From Octopus sinensis (lineage: Eukaryota): a stretch of DNA of 64,000 nt. The position numbers were made by a program, and so were the translations under genes. Below the pieces are notes generated by a model that did no database searches, was not told the origin of the DNA, and was given only the letters and a program-made list of their open reading frames with translations. The DNA is taken from NCBI RefSeq assembly GCF_006345805.1, contig NC_042999.1:98208001-98272000 (forward strand), given 5' to 3'. This document shows positions 51,613 to 64,000 of the stretch, one piece after another. Position 1 is the stretch's first letter. Every line of letters starts with the position of its first letter.

Positions 51613-54149
51613 GTATGTGCGCATGCGTATGTACGTTCCAAACAAGATGGTTAAGTACGCGTCGTTTTCTCGCGTCGTGTCTGGAACAACGTCTGTAAAT
51701 ACACCAGATTAACGCATCAAGAGTACGAACCTCTCTCGTTATAGTGTTCACACATTTTCACTATGCAAGCAGAGTAGGAAATGTAAAGAAACCATGGGTG
51801 ACAACAGAGAATATATTATATTCATTTTTTTTTTTAATTTGATAATTTATTCATTATTTTTTAAATCCCCAGTAACAGCATTTCACTATATTTTATGATA
51901 ATTTAATATACTTCTTCGCTGCATTCTATACAATGTTCTTTTCTTTTTTTAAATAGAAGTCTTAGAACTTTCTGTTTTTGATTCTTTAACCCTATGTGCC
52001 TCGGTTATCTACATACAACTGTTTGCCTTTCACGTTACCTTTCTTGTCTTTCATCATTACCTAAATCTATATGCTCGTGTATTTGCTTTTGTAGCCATTT
52101 ATTTTAAAAAGTTAAATAAAATATTTATTTATTTAAGCACCTAACCGTTAGTTTTCCTATCTAAATTGATATGTAGTAAACAAGGAGCTAGGAGTAAATA
52201 CGAAACAGATATTTTGTAAACAAGATTTATTGTATTCATTATTGGGGTGAAGCTTGGTGGCGAGAATTATTAGCACGTCGGGCAAAATACGGCATTTCTT
52301 TGCCTCTCAGGGTCGATAAACGAAATTACCAGTGAAGTACGGGGGTCGTGTAATCGACTAAATTCCTTCCCCTAGAAGCAATTATTTGGGAGATGCGTCA
52401 AAAGTCTTACATCAAAAAATAACTTGGAACATCTTGGAAAAACTTTCTACATAATGAGTTTCAACGAGAACTATAAAAAATGGTTTACAGACCTAGTATA
52501 ATTAGTTACAATTTCTTTGAACGAATTATAAATGGGATTATGAATAAAATTCTTATTTGCCATAATGTTTTAACACAATACCTTAGTCTCTGTGATTCCT
52601 TAAATTTTCAGAGCACCTCTGCAAAATATTAAAATCATTCAGTATTCTTTTGTCAATTATTAAGACAGTGTTGTTATTTTAGGTGGCAAATTGATAGGAA
52701 CGGTAAATGGCTGAACAAAGTGCTTCCATCTCTCTGTATTCTGAGTTCAAATCTAACGGAGGTTAACTTTGCCTTTTATCCTTCCGAGTACAATATATAA
52801 AGTACCGATCAAGATCTGGCTCGATTATTTTCTCTCTCTTTCTCCCCTCCTCTCACTCCCTTTGTGCCAATGGTCATAAGAGACCACTCACATCGTCCCT
52901 TTCTTCAAAAACAGAGAGCAGTTGACTGATACAACTAGTAGCCTTTTCTCATAAATACACGGGTATGCCACGGAAATAGTTCAAGGACAGACCGACGTAC
53001 AGAGCAATACATAACGGAAATAAAGTGAGAATTTTCATTTTGGTCATAGAATATTATACAATGCTATTCATGTGCATCCAACGACTATACATACCATGAA
53101 GAGGACGTGGCAGAGAAACATTGAAGGAACAGTTTCATGGGGCTGATAGCAATGTTATTATGTTTCTGCTTCTCAAGAAAGTCTGATATGTGTTTTTGAG
53201 AATTATGATCGTACATAAAATAGTAAGTCGGTTATAACTGATGCAGTAGGATTCTCCTTAAAGTCCAAAATAAAAATAGTTAAAAGAGAGGACTTAAGGG
53301 AAATTGACACATGTTATTGCCGGGAATGTGTGAGGAGGGGATCCAATGGCCCAGTCTTCAACGATATGTTAGCACTATTTATTAAAAATTTGCGACATAC
53401 GTGAAATAAAGATGTTTCAACAAGAAATTGAAACCTAGTCGTGGACTCTGAAATGAATATATATTTACAATAATCTGTTTTAGGAGCACAAAATATTACG
53501 AAAAAATAAATGAAATGAATAACTAAACAGATAAATAAATATTGAAACTTCTTTTCACCCACCTTCAGTGAACCCTAAATTCAATTAAAAGATTGCATTA
53601 AGTTTTGATTAACAAATGTAACACATGCGAATCAAAAGTTTTCGCCGATATCACAGTGCTAATTGAAAAAGCAAACATTTCTTACGAATGCAGGTAACCA
53701 GAAATTTGCAAAGACGGAACAACCGATTATAACGATCAGTACTTGACTAATACTCTATTTTATCAACCCCGAAAAGGATTAAAGGCAAAATAGGATAACA
53801 GTCGAAAGCATCGCTCCCTATATTTCATTGGTATTTTATTTTATCGATTTCGGAAGGATGATAGGTGAAGTTAACGTCGGTGAGATTTGAATTTAGAACG
53901 CAAAGCTGGAAGCCGCTCTCGATGATTCATGAATTCTGGTATCAGTACGAGTTCACATATTTCAGATGATTGGTACTGTATCTTATCGGCCTAGGAAATC
54001 TGAAGGGCAAAGTCGACCTTCGTGGGACTGTAAATGTAACCAAATACCAAAACCAATGAATATAATAAAAGTTGACAACAAATAATACAATACTACATAA
54101 GCATTCTATAAGCATTCTATAAGCATTTTATAATGTTTCTTTCTTTTCT

Positions 54150-54240
54150 GGAAACTCGTCGCGTACCGGCAGCTGATGTCTCGCGGACCGGCATCGGTCC
54201 GCGAACCCCACCACTTTGAGTAACACTTCTTTAGACCACA
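54150..54240. mobile_element. hAT MITE terminal fragment
   Basis: Palindrome CGCGGACCG-GCAT-CGGTCCGCG (54182-54203) followed by CACTTTGAGTAACAC, typical of hAT-type subterminal/terminal sequence. Confidence 0.5.
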
Positions 54241-54734
54241 CTATTTTGTATGTCCTACCTTTTTCACCCCACTCTCTTTTAAAGACGGTAGGGCTTGATT
54301 TCAGAAAGATTTGACCCCTATATCTAGAAAACAAGATGACCACGTATGTGTTCCTTTATTGCTTTCTTTATTAACTCCATCGTCTCTGTACTGAGGGTAA
54401 GAGTTTTTAAAAATGAAATTAAAGATGCAAAGGAAGTGTTATACCCTAGAATATGGTATGTTCCTCATGCACTTTATATAACTTAATTTCCTATTTAATA
54501 AAAGTATAGTATCATATGGTGGGGGTTTGTGTCGCCCGAATTGTGAATTTTGGCAACTGAACTTATGGTTTAAGGAGTGATAAGGCCACAAATAAGAGAA
54601 AAGAATAAGAAAAAGAAAGGAAACATTTATACATACATACATACATTTTCTATTTACACACTCCAAATGTCTGTATTATATGTATGTATATGTATATATA
54701 TATATATATGTGTGTGTGTGAGTGTATATATATT

Positions 54735-54766
<32 letters not shown>

Positions 54767-54804
54767 ATATATATAATATATATATATATAATATATATAT
54801 ATAT

Positions 54805-54867
<63 letters not shown>

Positions 54868-54898
54868 AATATATGAATGTGTATATATATATATATAT

Positions 54899-54966
<68 letters not shown>

Positions 54967-55587
54967 GCAGACAGACAGACAGGCAGACAGATAGACAGAC
55001 AGACAGACAGATAGATAGATATTTGCATATACATTTTAAATAAATGTCCGCGTGGTGGTGTAGATAGCGACAGTATTGTAGGTGGCGGTGGTGATGGCAG
55101 TGGTGGTGGTGGTGTGGTGATTGCATTGCTGCTGTGATTGTGAGAGTGGTTGCGATAGTAGTGTTGTTGTTGTTGATATTACAGTCCTGGTGCCAGAACT
55201 GTAATTGCTGTTTAATTCGATTATTCGGTACCTTGGTGGCCATTTCTACATCACTTCACATGTCATACATAATTACGTCACAGCCAATTACATCATTTCC
55301 TTCACAGTGTCAGACTTTTCCTACCTCATCTTTACAACGGTATCATTAGCACCGTAGTGAACTTATATGCACACAAGGGTTACACAGGCATATAAACACA
55401 CACACACACACACACTCACACACACAATACACACACCACACCGAGGCATACATACATACATGAATGCACGTTCGCACACACACGACACTACATACGTATG
55501 TACATCCATATACTTGCGCTGACCTATATTTATATGCATACATACTTAGTGTATGTATGCACATATGAGTGTATGTATGTACGTTTG

Positions 55588-55621
<34 letters not shown>

Positions 55622-55869
55622 TGTATGTGTGTATGTGTATGAAATGCATGTACTTATATAAGTACGTATATTGGTACATGCATACTCACTAGATATGTGT
55701 ATAGATATTCCTAGTTGTCATTGTTTAGTCCGCTTATGGGCAAAATGCAGCCCGTGCGACATTGTGAATGGTGTACCTAACAAAAAATAACCATGAATTT
55801 TTCCAGCACAATCGTGATATATTCCACGCAAGTCTTTTTCGATCGACTCCTGGAAAAAGTGGATCGGAA

Positions 55870-56025
55870 ACGTGGATGTTTGGTAAGAAGTTGACTTCCC
55901 AGTCACCTTGTTCCGGGTTCAGTCACGTTGCGTGGCACCTTGGCCAAGTGTCTTCTACTATAGCCTCAGGCCGACCGAAGCCTTGTATGTGTATTTAGGT
56001 GACGAAAACTGAAAGAAGCCCATCG

Positions 56026-56096
<71 letters not shown>

Positions 56097-56215
56097 AGAG
56101 AGATACACGTATGTATGTGTATGTCTGTGTGTGTTTTTGCTTCCCCTACCTCTTGATAACCGGTCTTGATTAGTTTACGTCCCCGTAACTTAGCAGTTCG
56201 GCAAAAGATCAAGTA
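55870..56215 (+). mobile_element. SINE family A
   Basis: Head..CCGGGTTCAGTC..GGCACCTTGGCCAAGTGTCTTCTACTATAGCCTCAGGCCGACC; internal (AT)n(AG)n; partial tail. Confidence 0.85.
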
Positions 56216-56989
56216 CCAGCATATCTATTAGTCTGTTGTCCATGCTGGCCAATTGTAGTTTGCACGGTGTACTCCTGTAGACATGTAATTAATCTCTACT
56301 TTGATACCTAGGCTCAGTTTGAACTCAGATCACAAACAACCGGAATTATGCCAAAAGGCTTTTCTTCCAACGCTGTGATGTTTCCGCCAATCCACTGCTC
56401 TGGACTGGGACTTTATTTATCGTCCCCAGTAGAATGAAAGGCAAAGTTGACCTCTGTATGATTTGAACCCAGAGCGAATGATACACAGCATTCTATACAA
56501 TGCTTTAATTACTCTGCAAATTTACTGTATGCCAGAGATTTCAGTTATTTTTCTCGTTGTTTATTGGTGACAAAATTTGCAAGTAATATGTGCACAGGAG
56601 AATGTCCACTGATCTTTTACACTTATTTGGGTCGCTGTTTAAGAAAGGTGTATTCGGGCTGAACGTCATAGAACAGAATGCAACCCATCACTGATCGTGT
56701 GTAAAAAAATATCTGCTTGCAGAGATACTTAGATGAATAATCTTATGTGAAGGATGTTTGTGAGAAATTAAAAAGGAATCGGACAAATTATGTTTAACAA
56801 AAAGATGGTTTTGAACTTTTATAAACTTGTTCAACACCGTAGTGAAGAAAGAAGAATTTTATGAATGCAAACTGTATTTTGTCTTCCCATTTATATAGAT
56901 TGTAGCAGGAATATTTGGCAGTCCCAAAAACCAGTCCACAGCCTAGAAATCGAACCAAGAACACTGTATCCGATGCAAAAACAACAACA

Positions 56990-57110
56990 CGGGCGCGATT
57001 TGCTCGATTATTGATGACGTCAGCAAGCACTAACTACTCGATCTCTGGTAAAAATAGATCTCATTAACGATTCCATCGATTGGCGCCGTTTTATTCTTTG
57101 AAATAAATAT
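56990..57110. promoter_or_regulatory. CpG-enriched motif cluster (CRE, inverted CCAAT/E2F-like, CHR-like)
   Basis: TGACGTCA 57015-57022; ATTGGCGCC 57079-57087; TTTGAAA 57097-57103; GGCGCGA at ~56992. Motif presence only. Confidence 0.2.
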
Positions 57111-58069
57111 GGATATGCATTTCTGCTAACCAGTAGTGTCCGTAAAAGTGTAGTGGCGTGCAGTCAGTCAGCTACGAGTGTGGTCATAACAATTTAGATC
57201 AATGAATCATGGTGATAACGACGGTACAGCCAAAACCACCTAGCTGCTGGAATCACACGACAAAGACTATTCTGTTTTTCTCGAAACTCAAAAATATTAC
57301 AGACTGGTATAAACATTCTTCGATCGTTGATCGTGATATCTGTACATTGTTTTGTTTAACGTTAATTTTCATATTCAAAATTTCAAAAACAATCCGTGTT
57401 CTAGCATTCATCAATATCAACCAAATTCTTTCAACCCAAAACGAATATCTTATCGTCACAAGATGAAAGCGGAATAATGACGGAATCGTTAGAGCGTCGA
57501 AAAACTGCTTTATTGGTATTATTTGTTCCTATACATTTTGAGTTCGAATCCCAACTTTACGTTTCATCCTTTCAGGGTCGATAAAATAAAGTATCAGTTA
57601 AGTACTTAGGTCGGTGGTATCAAATGAACACTTCCAAGGTTGCAGATGGCTATTTGTCAGTGTGAGAATTACTGACTTAGGCGGCTTCTTGTGATCACTT
57701 CAAGGACTGGCATAAGTCTTGGCTTTTTAGAAATAACAACCAAGTCTCTCTCGAGTCACATTTTACGGTCTTCAAAAAAATATTAAGGACATATGCGGTA
57801 AAAAAAAAAGAAAAAACAAAGTCTGCTTACAGTATGCTTGATAAGATAAAAACGTTGCTGGAGAACCTTAAATCAAAGTAAGTAAAACGACAGTATCAGT
57901 GTTGTAAAGGTGGGATATATACACAGATAGAAATAAAAATTTGTGTTTCTTCCCTCTGCAAGTTGATAAATAAAGAAGCAGTAATTTGAGATGCATTGGC
58001 GGTTAAATAGTGGGTGCACATGTATATGAAGTAATGAATTAATGAATGTGCGTGTGAATTTTTTTTTCT

Positions 58070-58265
58070 TATTTGTTTCAGTCATTTGACAGTGGCAATG
58101 CTGGAGCATCGCCTTTAATCGAACAAATTTATCCCAGGACTTATTCATTATAAGCCTTGTACTTATTCTATCGGTCTCCTTTGCCGAACCACTAAGTTAC
58201 GGGGACGTAAAGACACTAACATCGACTGTCAACGATGGTGGGGGATCAAACACAGACACACAAGC
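58070..58265 (-). mobile_element. SINE family A, 3' half
   Basis: Reverse complement of the family A tail. Confidence 0.8.
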
Positions 58266-58275
58266 ATATATATAT

Positions 58276-58485
58276 GCTGGCAGACACGTTAGCGTACAGG
58301 GCGAAATGCTTAGCGGTATTTCGTCTGTCGCTACGTTCTGAGTTCAAATTCCGCCGAGGTCGACTTTGCCTTTCGGGATCGATAAATAAAGTACCAGTTT
58401 CGCACTGGGGTCGATGTAATTGACTTAATCCCTTTGTCTGTCCTTGTTTGTACCCTCTATGTTTAGCCCCTTGTTGGCAATAAAG

Positions 58486-58488
<3 letters not shown>
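58276..58488 (+). mobile_element. SINE family B, near full length
   Basis: GCTGGCAGACACGTTAGC..CTGAGTTCAAATTCCGCCGAGGTCGACTTTGCC..AAGTACCAG..AATAAAGAA then (AT)n. Confidence 0.88.
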
Positions 58489-58577
<89 letters not shown>

Positions 58578-58586
58578 CTATATATA

Positions 58587-58617
<31 letters not shown>

Positions 58618-59129
58618 CATATATATAAACAAAAGATGAAGACAGGTGGTGTAGACAACAAACAGATGTATTAGTTTAACGCTCGGGAAGTGAAGAAGTC
58701 TTTAATGTTTCGTTCCTTCGCTCTTCCACAGAAAGGAATACAGAAAGAAACAAGGAAAGAAAATAAAGAATGTGTAATGGCTAGCGATCTATCATGGCGA
58801 GTGCCGGACAGAAGGGTCACACAGGAGAGCTAGGAAGAAATGGAGATAATAAAGTAGTGGTGATCCCAAAACGAAGGTGCGCGTGCGTGTGTATAAGAAA
58901 GTATGTATGTGCGTGTGGAAGAGGGCTGGTGACCTTGACGTGTGCGTGTTTGTATCTGTAGATGTGTGGATGTGAGACTGGGAAGTGGTCAGTGTTAGTG
59001 TGTGCGTGGTGGAGTGATGTGATGTGGTGTTGTGTGGTATGGTGGTGTATGGTGCAGTGGTGTATGGTGCAGTGGTGTATGGTGTGGTGTTATGGTGTTG
59101 GGAGGTGGGGGAGGCGAGAGTAGGAAAGC

Positions 59130-59989
59130 AAGTGTGGATTTTAAGGATGGACCACAAATTGTCAATAGGATTTAAATCTGGAGAATTTCTCAGCCAAGAC
59201 TCCAAAATTTCAATACCTTTACTTCCATGATACTTTTTAATCTATTTAGCAGTGTGGCAAGGTGTCCCATCTTGTTGGAAAATGCAAGTTTCTTCGCCAA
59301 ACTGCCTCTCAATGGTTGGAAGGAGATGGTTTTCAAAGATATTTTGGTATGATTTGGAATTTATAGAAGTGAATTTTGGCAAAACTAATAGTGATCCAAC
59401 GCCCTTGGATGAAAAGCAGCCCCACACATGAATGGTTTCTGGATGCTTAACAATGGGCACGATACAGGCCTCATCATAGCGTTCATATTGTCGCCATCTG
59501 AGCTTTTCTCCAGATGTCCCAAACAATTGAAATGGTACTTCATCAGAAAACATCTCTTTGTCCCATTGTTCACTAGACCAGTTTTTATATTTTCTGCGAA
59601 AGGTAAGCCTATCCTTCACGTTTTTCTTGGACAAAAAATGGTTTCTTTGCAGCACTCTGTGAAGCGAGATCATTGTCAAGAAGTCGTCGTCCAATAGTCG
59701 GATCTGAAGTGCAGACACCGACTGATTCCTACTCTTTAGCAAGCTGTTTGCTGCCGGCACTTCGATTCCTCAATTAATTTCTCACCAAGGCCCTGTCTCG
59801 GTGGTCAGAGGACAGACATTGACCACCAGGGGCCTTCTTCACTGTCATGTATCCTGTCTCTTTGAAGGTTTTTATAATCCTGTACACAGTTCTTTCTGAT
59901 GCAATGTCTTTAGCAACAATATCCTGAATTGTTAGGCCATTTTGGTGGAAAGAAATTATTGACAGCTATTTTTCTTGTGCCAATACCAT
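59130..59989 (-). mobile_element. Tc1-family transposase pseudogene
   Basis: ATG at 59989; HTH-like N-terminus; WDKEMFSDE, VKHPETIHVWGCFS, FQQDGTPCH and SPDLNPIDNLW motifs with stops and frameshifts. Confidence 0.92.
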
Positions 59990-60525
59990 TCCTGCAATAA
60001 AAGAAAATAAAATTTGAAGTTTTGTGAGGAAAAAGAGCATTAATTAATTAAAAATCAATCATAAAAAGCTCATGACATCATACATACGTAACTTTACTTA
60101 CTGTTCTGGTTATTAATTATTAGTTTGCATGCGATTCCAACTTGAAACCACGAAGAGGAATGTAAAATTCCACTTCTAGGAAATATAACCAAATACACAA
60201 ACTGATGATTTTTTGCAATATCGATTGGTTTTCAACAGTTTTTCTTTGAAATCTTATTGGATAACAGATAACCTATTGAAATATTATTAAATCATTAACA
60301 TTCACATGATATTTCACACGAAATAACAAATTAACCCCAGGACTTATTCTTTGTAAGAAGTTACGGGGACGCAAACACACCAACATTGGCTGTCAAGCGA
60401 TGGTGGGGGACAAACACAGACACACAAATGCATACATACATACATACATACATACATACATACATACATACTACATACATACATACATACATACATACAT
60501 GCATACATACATACATATGTGTGTG

Positions 60526-60564
<39 letters not shown>

Positions 60565-60839
60565 TTAAAAGTAATCATAGTATTTGTCTAAAATTGGTTG
60601 CCTCGAGTGATCTGTACCCAGCATGTCAGAATCTGCTATCAGTATTACTCTATCCACCTTCATTTTCAAATAATGAATTTCATAGTAGATTCGCGAGCAC
60701 ACTTTTGGCGTTATGCGTGACAGTCTTCTAAATTCAAAATATTAACACACATCAATACATAAATGTATGGTAATCACTTTGCATTCAATTTTACTACGTA
60801 ATTTGGCTACATTTGAATATGAATTTAGAAGAGGCACTA

Positions 60840-61880
60840 CTGCACACTGTTAGCTCTTGTTCCAGAAAGTTGGTCACGAAACACTATCGAAACTTTTGAT
60901 GTAAGTGATCATATGGTGCGGAGATCACAGTAACTGGGGAAACAAAAGGGTATTTTGGCTGATCCTAACCCAAAGACGGGCGGGAGTACACTTGCTTCTG
61001 ACGTCACGGAACGGATAATACAATTCTATGAATGGAAGGAATATTCACGTGTTTGCCCAGGTAAAAAGAAATTTGTTACTGTAAAAGAGAACAGAGTAAA
61101 GATCCATCGGCCAAAACAGCCATTGCTTCTGAATCTGCGTGAAATTTTTATGGAATACAGGATGAAGTACCCTGCAGATAAGGTAGGCTTCTCGAAGTTT
61201 TGTAACTTGCAACCGAAATGATGTGTTCCAGTTACTGCCTCAGGCATTCAGTCAAAATATATCTGTGAGCAACACCAAAATGCAAAACTTATCGCCAATG
61301 TCATTCCTGGTAGTCATGACTACAAAGATTTACTTGGCAAAATGACCTGTTCCGTAAGCAATTTTGATTGTATGTTGCTCCTATGTGAATCATGTCCTAC
61401 AAAGATTGCCTTTGAACAATATTTGTTCGATGAATTTTCATCACATGACTTTGTCAGCGACGATTTAATAACTTAAAAACTGTGGGCACATGTGGACCGG
61501 ACAGCCCTCTTATGCCTAACTTCCCCAGTGAATGACTTTATTCAAACTGCTGGCAGTGTATTTGATTCTCTATAACTGCACCATTTCATAGCAAAGGCTC
61601 AATCTAGTTTCGCTAGTCATCAGGCGGATGATCTGACATCAAATCAAGTGTTATTGGACTTTGCAGAAAATTATAGTTTTGTAGAGCATGATGAGGTGTA
61701 AGGGTTTCATTGGAACAATGGCCAAGCAACTATTTACCCATTCGTTATCTACTATAAGACCGGTGGAAAGCTTCAATGTACTTCAATCTGTGTTATATCT
61801 GATTGCTTGAAACATGACACCACCACAGTTCATGCCTTTATTACGAGGGTGATATCGCATATAAAAAAAACTTTCATTCA
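60840..61880 (+). mobile_element. DNA transposase remnant of uncertain superfamily (Sola-like by recollection, unverified)
   Basis: LVPESWS..FDVSDHMVR..KGILADPNPK; SRVCPGKKKFV..LLLNLREIF..KVGFSKFCNLQPK; CEQHQNAKL; CMLLLCESCP; LDFAENYSFVEHDEV*GFHWNNGQATIYPFVIYY..VISDCLKHDT; many stops. Confidence 0.75.
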
Positions 61881-62994
61881 TAAACAAGTTCCTGTACAGA
61901 TCAGCCCTGACAAATCAGTCCTCAAATTGAAGAAACTCTGCAGAAGTTTGCTTCTATTAGACATTTTGGTCCCATGGAGGCTCTTGAATGCTGATTACTT
62001 TTTTATTTCCCCCCATGAAAAGGTTAGTATTTGAAATGCTAATAACTTGAAAATGAAGGGAGATAGAGCAATTGATAGTAGATTCTAACATACTGGATAC
62101 AGATCACTCGGGGTAGCCAATTGTAGTCAGATACTATGATTACTTTTAAAGATATTCAGCACCAAAGTCTGTATAAATTGACATTCGCTCCCCACGAGGG
62201 GCGTGGCTCTCAAATTTTGGCGGGGCATATCTTTGAAGCCCTTAAGAACTGGACCCTAAAATTATGCATGTGTTCCTTATGCATATAGAGGTATTGCCAA
62301 AAGAAAATTGAGCTAAATCTGAGTTGGTCACATGTACAGCACTGGTTGAATTCATAAGCCTATTAGCATATATTTACTCTATTGCTGACATTTATGAATG
62401 TTTTCTATCATTGTTTTGATGCGCCATTTTTTAATCATTAATAAAATTGTCAAGATTTTTGACGACACAGGTGTGCTAATATATGTATATCAAGTACATG
62501 TATATGAATGTATACACGATGTGTCTATAAGAATGTATGCACCAACGTATGCACATGTATATGTGTGTATACATGCTTGTAAAGATGACAAACCGAAAGA
62601 TAATCGACGTTCTTCTGCTTATATGGCTTTCTTAAAGATTGTCATTTTAATATAAAATATATATATATAAGGTATTTTTGAAGTAACAACTCTTGTTCGT
62701 ATATGCTAAATTCAAGAGCCTAAAGGAACCAACATTAAAGAAAAATTTATTTTTCGTATTGGGAAACATATATCTATATCATAAGGAATCTGTGTAGTTT
62801 TATATTTTGTTTAGTTAATGAAAATATGTTCACAATTAATCATCTGCTGGGGGTCATTTGAATAACTGAATAACTAAAATTAATTTTCGTTTGCTATCGG
62901 GGTATATAACCTCTGTTCACTTTTAACCTTCGTAATTTAATGTTGCAATGGAATAAATAAATAAATCCACAAAACGTACGAAACGGATTGCATA

Positions 62995-63145
62995 CACTAG
63001 CGTAGCTGGGATAGGGCGGTAGGGGAGGTCCCCCCCCACCCGGGCACTTTTGGGTCCACTGTAGGCAATATGTGTTTTTTGTGGGGTCCGAGGGCGGCAA
63101 ATAGATGGGCCGCCCCGGGCGGCACACACTCTAGTTACGCTAGTG
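62995..63145. mobile_element. Short GC-rich MITE
   Basis: TIRs CACTAGCGTAGCT / AGTTACGCTAGTG; no TSD discernible. Confidence 0.65.
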
Positions 63146-63629
63146 TGTAATTTCCACACATGGTGTGCAATTTGCACGCCATGAAAACCAATATTAACCG
63201 AAGATCCTCTTTCTATAATTAATTTGTAGCAGGTCATTTCTCTCTGGAATCGAACTTGAAACTCCTCATATCCAAATAGAGTGTTACCCGGCCAGCAATT
63301 CTACATTTGGACTGAGCTGCCTTCAAGCACTAAAGTACAGGCTCAAACACGCCTTCTACGTTCATTTTTAGCCAATGATATCGTGTCATTGTTTGATAGC
63401 CAACTGTCATTTAGATCAAAGCCCTAGCTGATATCTGTTTTACGCACGAAATTGCAATAAAACATTCTAAAAGCAATTTTTTTGCCAATTTAAAGCTTTT
63501 TTTTTTTTTAATAAATTCTTGGAACTTGATTTCTCTTTAGAAATCGTCTTACCTGCTATAAGACTCCATGTCCGTTGGCAACGCGGTTAAAAGACAATTC
63601 TCTCACTCACCTTCATCCTCAATTCTTTC

Positions 63630-63664
63630 TCTCTCACATGCTCACAAACGGAGCATGTGAGAGA
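63630..63664. other. Perfect 14-bp hairpin
   Basis: TCTCTCACATGCTC-ACAAACG-GAGCATGTGAGAGA. Confidence 0.7.
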
Positions 63665-64000
63665 AGAACAATCATGCTCTGTTGAGTCATTCTAACTAGA
63701 CTTTCCCATTTAGTACATTTTATCAGTACACTTATATTAAGTTTTATTAACGAGAATAAAGTTTATGGTGATTTAACATGCAGCCTTCAAACACTTGTTT
63801 CTCACAGCAATGCATCCTTCTATCAAGTTAAAAACTTTATGGAATAGCGTAGTCTTCAGAGGAAAAAAAACCCTTAAGTGTCGTTAATGTAACGTGCCTG
63901 CGAACTGGATGAACTGGACAAAACATAATGTATTAAAGTACATGTGAAGTAGGGAACTGTGTTAAATACAAACAGAATGAACGAATTCATGATGCCTTTT

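Noticed and set aside
53049-53125. IQCYSCASND resembling a Ly6/quiver three-finger domain start
   Set aside because: Stop codon after 24 residues, no good donor and no further cysteine pattern.
58695-58740. Hammerhead-like GGAAGAGC...CGAAACATT on the minus strand
   Set aside because: The CUGANGA core and stem II are broken; decayed motif only.

Overview
This is 64 kb of AT-rich, microsatellite-saturated animal DNA with one 100-N gap. The repeat content resembles coleoid cephalopod (Octopus-like) genomes; that assignment is inference. I find no host protein-coding gene I can recognise, and most ORFs in the supplied track are translations of (AT)n, (GT)n and (ATAC)n tracts. The window is mostly transposon remains: tRNA-derived SINEs of several families, RLE-type (R4/Dong-like) LINE pieces clustered in (AAT)n or next to (TACA)n, L1/Tx1 and RTE remnants, Penelope-like remnants, mariner, Tc1, hAT and MULE-like transposase remnants, MITEs, a non-autonomous Helitron, a foldback element and a probable solo LTR. 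The most interesting signals are three. (i) A tRNA-headed SINE (18223-19046, minus) appears to carry a Penelope-type hammerhead ribozyme and is split by a nested insertion in its internal (AAT)n. (ii) A ~380-bp palindrome (25714-26091) carries a hammerhead motif on each arm beside a Penelope endonuclease remnant. (iii) An RLE LINE family has two 5' ends that abut (TACA)n, a covarying structured 5' UTR, and three putative 3' termini interleaved with microsatellite at 24301-24900. All protein-family calls come from motif recognition by eye, not database searches.
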